A DNA stretch of 20,000 nucleotides from an uncultured virus (IMG/VR IMGVR_UViG_3300046167_000525) (lineage: Duplodnaviria; Heunggongvirae; Uroviricota; Caudoviricetes; Crassvirales): IMG/VR virus record IMGVR_UViG_3300046167_000525; one strand, given 5' to 3'. The position numbers and the translations under genes were made by a program. Positions 15,634 to 20,000 of the stretch are shown piece by piece; position 1 is the first letter of the stretch, and each line of letters begins with the position of its first letter. Below the pieces are notes generated by a model. That model was given only the letters and a program-made list of their open reading frames with translations, had not been told where the DNA came from and made no database searches.

Positions 15634-17043
15634 TTATCTTCCATAAGTTGCGCCTACTGCAAATAATTCTTTTAATCCACCTGGATCCGTTGTAGCATCT
15701 GTTTTCATAGTTACTGTAGCATAGTAGGCTTTTATACCTGTACTGCTAGGTCCCATTATTACCTGTCCAGCTATAGGTGTAGGTGAATTGTTTGGTATCG
15801 CTGCTACATATCTGTTTTGTTTTCTATCAAATCCTGCTCTATATTGGACATTACCATCCAAGTAAGCGCCTTCATCATAGCTATATATTTTAGTATAAGC
15901 GTTAGGAGTACCAACATCTACTGTTGCCTGATTAACATTATTAGTCCAGTTGCCATTTAATTCGTCTGCACCGGTTTCATCAGAAACTAAAGATATAACT
16001 TCCCACCCATTGCTACCTTCGTAATTAATTGTTTTAAAAGTTTTTATAGATGTAGGCTCTGGATTTAAAACAAACTTAACAGAAGCGTAATTATTTATCC
16101 CGTAGAATTGACCTCTTGGTATAGGATTATTACTATTATCAGTTAAAGAGTAGTGCTTATATACAGAATCTAAATTAGTTGTATAAAATTGTCCCTGAGA
16201 GCCAAACATAAAACTAGGCTTATATGTGTAAAAACTATTCCATCCATTTATATTTTCACTAAATGACAATGTTTTATAGTCTCCATTTGATTGCTGTAAG
16301 GACATTGTATAACTTTTATTATATATATCATAACCACCTATAATCTTACCTGTTGATGAAACTAAACCAGATTGATCTCTGAAAAAATCAGCCATACCAT
16401 AGTTAGATATTTCGGTTATTCCATCCATAGATAATCTAAGTACAGCATTTCTATTTCTGTCAGCAAAGTACTTTTGATAACCATAAACAGCAAAAGATTC
16501 AGGATTTGTAGATATACCAAATTCACCGGCATAAGCTATTATTTGACCTATGACTAATTTAGCAGATGTTGTTATAGCGCCACCTTCAGCGGAGTATATA
16601 GCGTCTTTGTCTATTAAAGCTCTATTTACTTTTCTTTCTTGGAATATAATTAAGTTGGTATCTTCAGCATAAAGCTTTTGTATACTACCATTAATAGGAT
16701 CTACACTCCTAGTTATTTCTTCTGCAACACTAAACTCATTAGTTCTATTTATACCTGTTCTTGAATTTAATACACCTGAATATATTAATGAATTTGAAAG
16801 CCTTGATTGATTATCGTTATCTTCAACTAAATAAGCTTTAACCCCGTAATCAGTGGATGTATTATTGTAACCTCCCCTAATTCTAGATTCCTCAATATAC
16901 CAGTCTTGATCAGTGTCTTCTACCTGAGGAGCTGACCATGGCAACGATGTAATAGTATTATCCACCAAATCTTCATAAGGTACATCAGATATCTTTTTAA
17001 CCGCATAAGCGTTAAAGTATGGTACTTCAAGTGTTATAGACAT
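15634..17043 (-). CDS. Tail 'stabilisation'/nozzle-like structural protein (beta-propeller-like), 469 aa
   Basis: IEESRIRGGYN, LIYSG..NSRTGIN..NEFS, GSIQKL, YAGEFGISTNPESFA..G...YFAD..R.AVLRLS.DGITEIS resemble tail stabilisation proteins of Bacteroidota podoviruses. Beta-rich and located just upstream of the ejection genes. Confidence 0.68.
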   Translation of the reverse strand: MSITLEVPYFNAYAVKKISDVPYEDLVDNTITSLPWSAPQVEDTDQDWYIEESRIRGGYNNTSTDYGVKAYLVEDNDNQSRLSNSLIYSGVLNSRTGINRTNEFSVAEEITRSVDPINGSIQKLYAEDTNLIIFQERKVNRALIDKDAIYSAEGGAITTSAKLVIGQIIAYAGEFGISTNPESFAVYGYQKYFADRNRNAVLRLSMDGITEISNYGMADFFRDQSGLVSSTGKIIGGYDIYNKSYTMSLQQSNGDYKTLSFSENINGWNSFYTYKPSFMFGSQGQFYTTNLDSVYKHYSLTDNSNNPIPRGQFYGINNYASVKFVLNPEPTSIKTFKTINYEGSNGWEVISLVSDETGADELNGNWTNNVNQATVDVGTPNAYTKIYSYDEGAYLDGNVQYRAGFDRKQNRYVAAIPNNSPTPIAGQVIMGPSSTGIKAYYATVTMKTDATTDPGGLKELFAVGATYGR

Positions 17044-17050
17044 ATTATAT

Positions 17051-17079
17051 TTATTACTTGTTTTTTACTATTATTACTT
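17051..17079 (-). promoter_or_regulatory. Direct repeat AAGTAATAA x2 (20-bp period) in the intergenic leader; candidate phage late promoter or regulatory site
   Basis: The + strand has TTATTACTT at 17051-17059 and 17071-17079. On the - strand the second copy is followed by ATATAAT and then the ATG at 17043. Confidence 0.4.
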
Positions 17080-17083
17080 TGAA

Positions 17084-20000
17084 TTATATAACATAGCAAC
17101 TGCTGTTTGGTCCTGTTCCATATACGGCATCTCCAAATTTTACATGGAAAATTCCTGCATTAGTACCGCTACCGCAATTAGCGCCTGCCATTTTAGAAGC
17201 AATAACTCTGTATTCTCCAACAGCATCAAATTCCCAATAGTCCTCAACAAAAGCAGGTCCGCTATTATCGATTGATATTCTTTTATATCCTATAGGTGAT
17301 CCAAAAGTATTACCATTTGCTAATTGAGCTGTAGCCCAAGAAGAACTACTTGTTGCTCTGTATTGAACTAAATAATCAACATATACATCATCACTTAAAA
17401 CTGTTTCTCTTTGTAAGTAAGGTTTTATATACATTTTACCTTGTGTTAAAGCACCTGTTGTTTTAGGGTTAAAAGTAGATCTGTATTTAGCATTATATAT
17501 TTTATTTGGAGGGTATGCCGTATTAAATGGTGTCCCTGCATAAGTACCACTAACTTGCTCATTAGTTCCGTAAGCAAGGAATTGATATTCTATATTTTCA
17601 TTACACTCAGCGTTCGTACCTCCTTGTCTTCCTGCACATATAGTTTGCGGTACCGGATCTGTACCAACAGTAAATGAAATAGTACACGTATTTGATAAGC
17701 CGAAGCCGTTAGCATCTGTAACTTTAACAATTATGCTATACGCATTTTCGTTAACCAAAGTACCTGAGTTTGCCGTTAAAACACCTGAAGAACTTATACT
17801 AAATCCATTTAATATAGCTTGAGCGTTGCTTGAATCTAGCTCAAAAATTAACTGACTTTCTTCGTTTCCACCTGCAACATTGCTTCCGTTTTCAGCTTCA
17901 AAGCTATAAATAGCAGTAGTTCCTGTAGTTATTCCTGTTAAAGTAAGAGGGCAACTAGCAGGTAAAGTGAAAGAAGGTTGAACATTGGTAAGCGTTGCAG
18001 TGTATGTTGTATTATCAGTGTATTCTTCTCCAGCAGTTGGTTCGTATACTGTTTGAAAAGTTAAATTATAAACATCATTTGAAGGATTACTAGCTGAACT
18101 TTCACTGTACCAGAAATATGATCCAGCGGCTGTTTTTAATTGATACTCGGCCTGTATATTTGACCAGACTAATTGAAATTGATTAGCTATATTGTTATTT
18201 TGTCCTACATCACTAGCTCTATAAGCTGATAATATAGCAGGTGAGGATGTAAACAAAGCATTATCTGTTATATTACTACCAGAACCATCTTTCCATATTA
18301 TATTACTGCTACCTATTTGATTTTCTGGAGCAAGACTTTCTGAAAAAGAAGCAAAGTTATTTCCATCAATACCTATAATTCCTGAATATTGACTATTTAT
18401 TATTTCATTCAAAACACCGACCTTACCCTGTAGTGAAGTTTCGTAGAATAATTCTAGTACTGATTCAAATGGTTTTGTTTCAGCTATTGATAAAAATGGC
18501 TGCATACTTACTATAAGTCCACTAGCTGTTGTTCTATCTTTGTTTGTTGTATAAGCACCTATAGGACCAGGGTTAGTAGGCCTTGGTTGAGGTTTTGGAG
18601 TTTTTCCGTTTTGCACAGTGCTTATTTGCATTATAAAAGGATTAGAATCCGAATCATATAATGGCTGCAATTTAGGTGCTTGTCCCCATGGAATAGACCC
18701 AGTTGGGTTTGTGTTTTCTTCAACCCCAGTTACTGCACCTCCATATGGAGGCGTTTCATAAGTGTAACTATTAGTTGTAATAACAGATCCATATTCTCCC
18801 TCAGGAGCATTTGCAACAAAAGGAATAGCTGAAATTTCTAAATCTCTAACTGTTGATATAGTAGTTACTCTTTGACTTAATAAATCTGGGTAATACTGTT
18901 TATTCCAAGGTGTAAATTTTTGAGGATATCCATAAGGTCTATTACCCAATGTTGCATTTGTATTTATAGCCGGATTATTTACTCTTATAAAAAGAGTTTC
19001 ACTACTACTATATTCTCTATCATTAGGCCCTACTTCGTTTAAATCTCTGGGTACTTTATTTATATTGTCACTAAGTAATACAGAGAAAGATGTTTTATCT
19101 TTTTCTGTTGAATTAAGTATAGGATAGCCGTTTACAAAACCAGGCAAGTAAACATTATAGTATTCTTGCTCTTGTTGTTTAACAACTATTTTGTATGAAT
19201 ACCAACCTAAAGGATTATAAGCACTAGATGTAGGGTCACCATTGTATACTCCGGGCTGGCCTCCTGTGTTTTCAGTACCTATAGCGGAATCTATTCTAAC
19301 ACTTAAAGCATCACCTAACCAATCTATAACTTTAGAGTTATTTTCTTGTTGAGCATACGTTTTGTATGGTGCATATACGGTTGATCCACCTTCTTCATTT
19401 TCATTGTAGTCATGTGAAGACAATATAACATTAGATTGCCTACCGTATCTATCAACCAATATAAAACCTACTTGATAAGTTCTGTTTTGTTTTAAAGTGT
19501 GAGCTGGATATTCTACTGTATTAGTACTATAAGCATCTCTATCTTTTACTATAGCAGCATAGGGTATATTAGATGGACTTGAATGTTTATCTATGTAATT
19601 ACCATAAACAACTCTATTGCCTATAATTTCTTGTGATAACGCTTTTACAGGTACTTTATCATATACTCTAGTGATATCGTTGTTAGGAAGTGTTTTATAT
19701 GGCTTACTAGAAGCATAGTTGTAAGGGTAGTAGTAAGTGTCATTATCCCCGTGAACAGGATCATACCACTCTATATATTCTAAAGCGGTTGACTTGTTAG
19801 GCAGGTTTATTATATCTACAGTATTTAAAACCTTTACAGCTAGAGCATCAGATTCTTTATAAAGTATATCTATATCTTTTATTAAAAGATTATCTATGTT
19901 TTGTTGTAGCGTGTTATAAGGAAGAGGTATTTTTAATAGTATATTTTGAACATTGTTTTCAAACCATGCAATTATAGTTGATTTGTAAGCATCATCCATG
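17084..20000 (-). CDS. Large tail/structural protein (probably 5'-truncated by window edge) with a cadherin/Ig-like domain near the C-terminus
   Basis: At least 971 aa, open to the window edge. RVYDKVPVKALSQEIIGNRVVYGNY, LKQNRTYQVGFILVDRYGRQS and GWYSYKIVVKQQEQEYYNVYLPG resemble Bacteroidota phage tail proteins. LTNVQPSF...FSISSSGVLT...YSIIVKVTDANG is cadherin-like. Confidence 0.7.
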   Translation of the reverse strand, partial: MDDAYKSTIIAWFENNVQNILLKIPLPYNTLQQNIDNLLIKDIDILYKESDALAVKVLNTVDIINLPNKSTALEYIEWYDPVHGDNDTYYYPYNYASSKPYKTLPNNDITRVYDKVPVKALSQEIIGNRVVYGNYIDKHSSPSNIPYAAIVKDRDAYSTNTVEYPAHTLKQNRTYQVGFILVDRYGRQSNVILSSHDYNENEEGGSTVYAPYKTYAQQENNSKVIDWLGDALSVRIDSAIGTENTGGQPGVYNGDPTSSAYNPLGWYSYKIVVKQQEQEYYNVYLPGFVNGYPILNSTEKDKTSFSVLLSDNINKVPRDLNEVGPNDREYSSSETLFIRVNNPAINTNATLGNRPYGYPQKFTPWNKQYYPDLLSQRVTTISTVRDLEISAIPFVANAPEGEYGSVITTNSYTYETPPYGGAVTGVEENTNPTGSIPWGQAPKLQPLYDSDSNPFIMQISTVQNGKTPKPQPRPTNPGPIGAYTTNKDRTTASGLIVSMQPFLSIAETKPFESVLELFYETSLQGKVGVLNEIINSQYSGIIGIDGNNFASFSESLAPENQIGSSNIIWKDGSGSNITDNALFTSSPAILSAYRASDVGQNNNIANQFQLVWSNIQAEYQLKTAAGSYFWYSESSASNPSNDVYNLTFQTVYEPTAGEEYTDNTTYTATLTNVQPSFTLPASCPLTLTGITTGTTAIYSFEAENGSNVAGGNEESQLIFELDSSNAQAILNGFSISSSGVLTANSGTLVNENAYSIIVKVTDANGFGLSNTCTISFTVGTDPVPQTICAGRQGGTNAECNENIEYQFLAYGTNEQVSGTYAGTPFNTAYPPNKIYNAKYRSTFNPKTTGALTQGKMYIKPYLQRETVLSDDVYVDYLVQYRATSSSSWATAQLANGNTFGSPIGYKRISIDNSGPAFVEDYWEFDAVGEYRVIASKMAGANCGSGTNAGIFHVKFGDAVYGTGPNSSCYVI

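Noticed and set aside
1..20000. Stop-codon reassignment as in some crAss-like phages; tRNA genes; CRISPR arrays; integrase or IS elements
   Set aside because: Standard code 11 gives near-complete coding density, with TAA, TAG and TGA all used as stops. No cloverleaf, repeat-spacer array or recombinase motif was seen.
1..20000. Presence of many palindromic restriction sites (GATC, AAGCTT, GGATCC, CTGCAG) as evidence that the DNA is protected by modification
   Set aside because: I cannot compute observed/expected ratios here, and AGCT abundance is explained by Ala codon usage. It would need a Markov-model test on the whole genome.

Overview
AT-rich fragment of a tailed dsDNA phage genome, probably a podovirus-like phage of a Bacteroidota/Flavobacteriia host. 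The host is inferred from start codons that lack a Shine-Dalgarno sequence and have A-rich leaders with A at -3. Two modules converge on a bidirectional terminator at about 5185-5215. The + strand (1-5111) is a nucleotide-metabolism module: 3' end of a thymidylate-synthase-family gene, a GIY-YIG-like/MazG fusion, a second all-alpha NTP pyrophosphatase-like gene, a T7 endonuclease I-like nuclease, four small coupled ORFs, and class I ribonucleotide reductase nrdB/nrdA. The - strand (20000-5260) is a virion/lysis module: two tail 'stabilisation'-type proteins, three probable ejected internal virion proteins (314, 502 and 2367 aa), a peptidase M15 endolysin and two small basic proteins. Three points stand out. 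(1) The ThyA-like enzyme has Asp at the Asn177 substrate-specificity position (QRSADVFLGLPYD) and sits next to two dNTP-pyrophosphatase-like genes, suggesting a dCMP-modifying pathway. (2) The 2367-aa virion protein carries a zincin HExxH motif, a sigma-70 region-2-like segment and recurring K-[FA]-S-[KM]-[ST] motifs, suggesting a self-processing injected polyprotein. (3) The RNR beta subunit has an atypical ligand set. All family assignments come from motif recognition by eye, not database searches.
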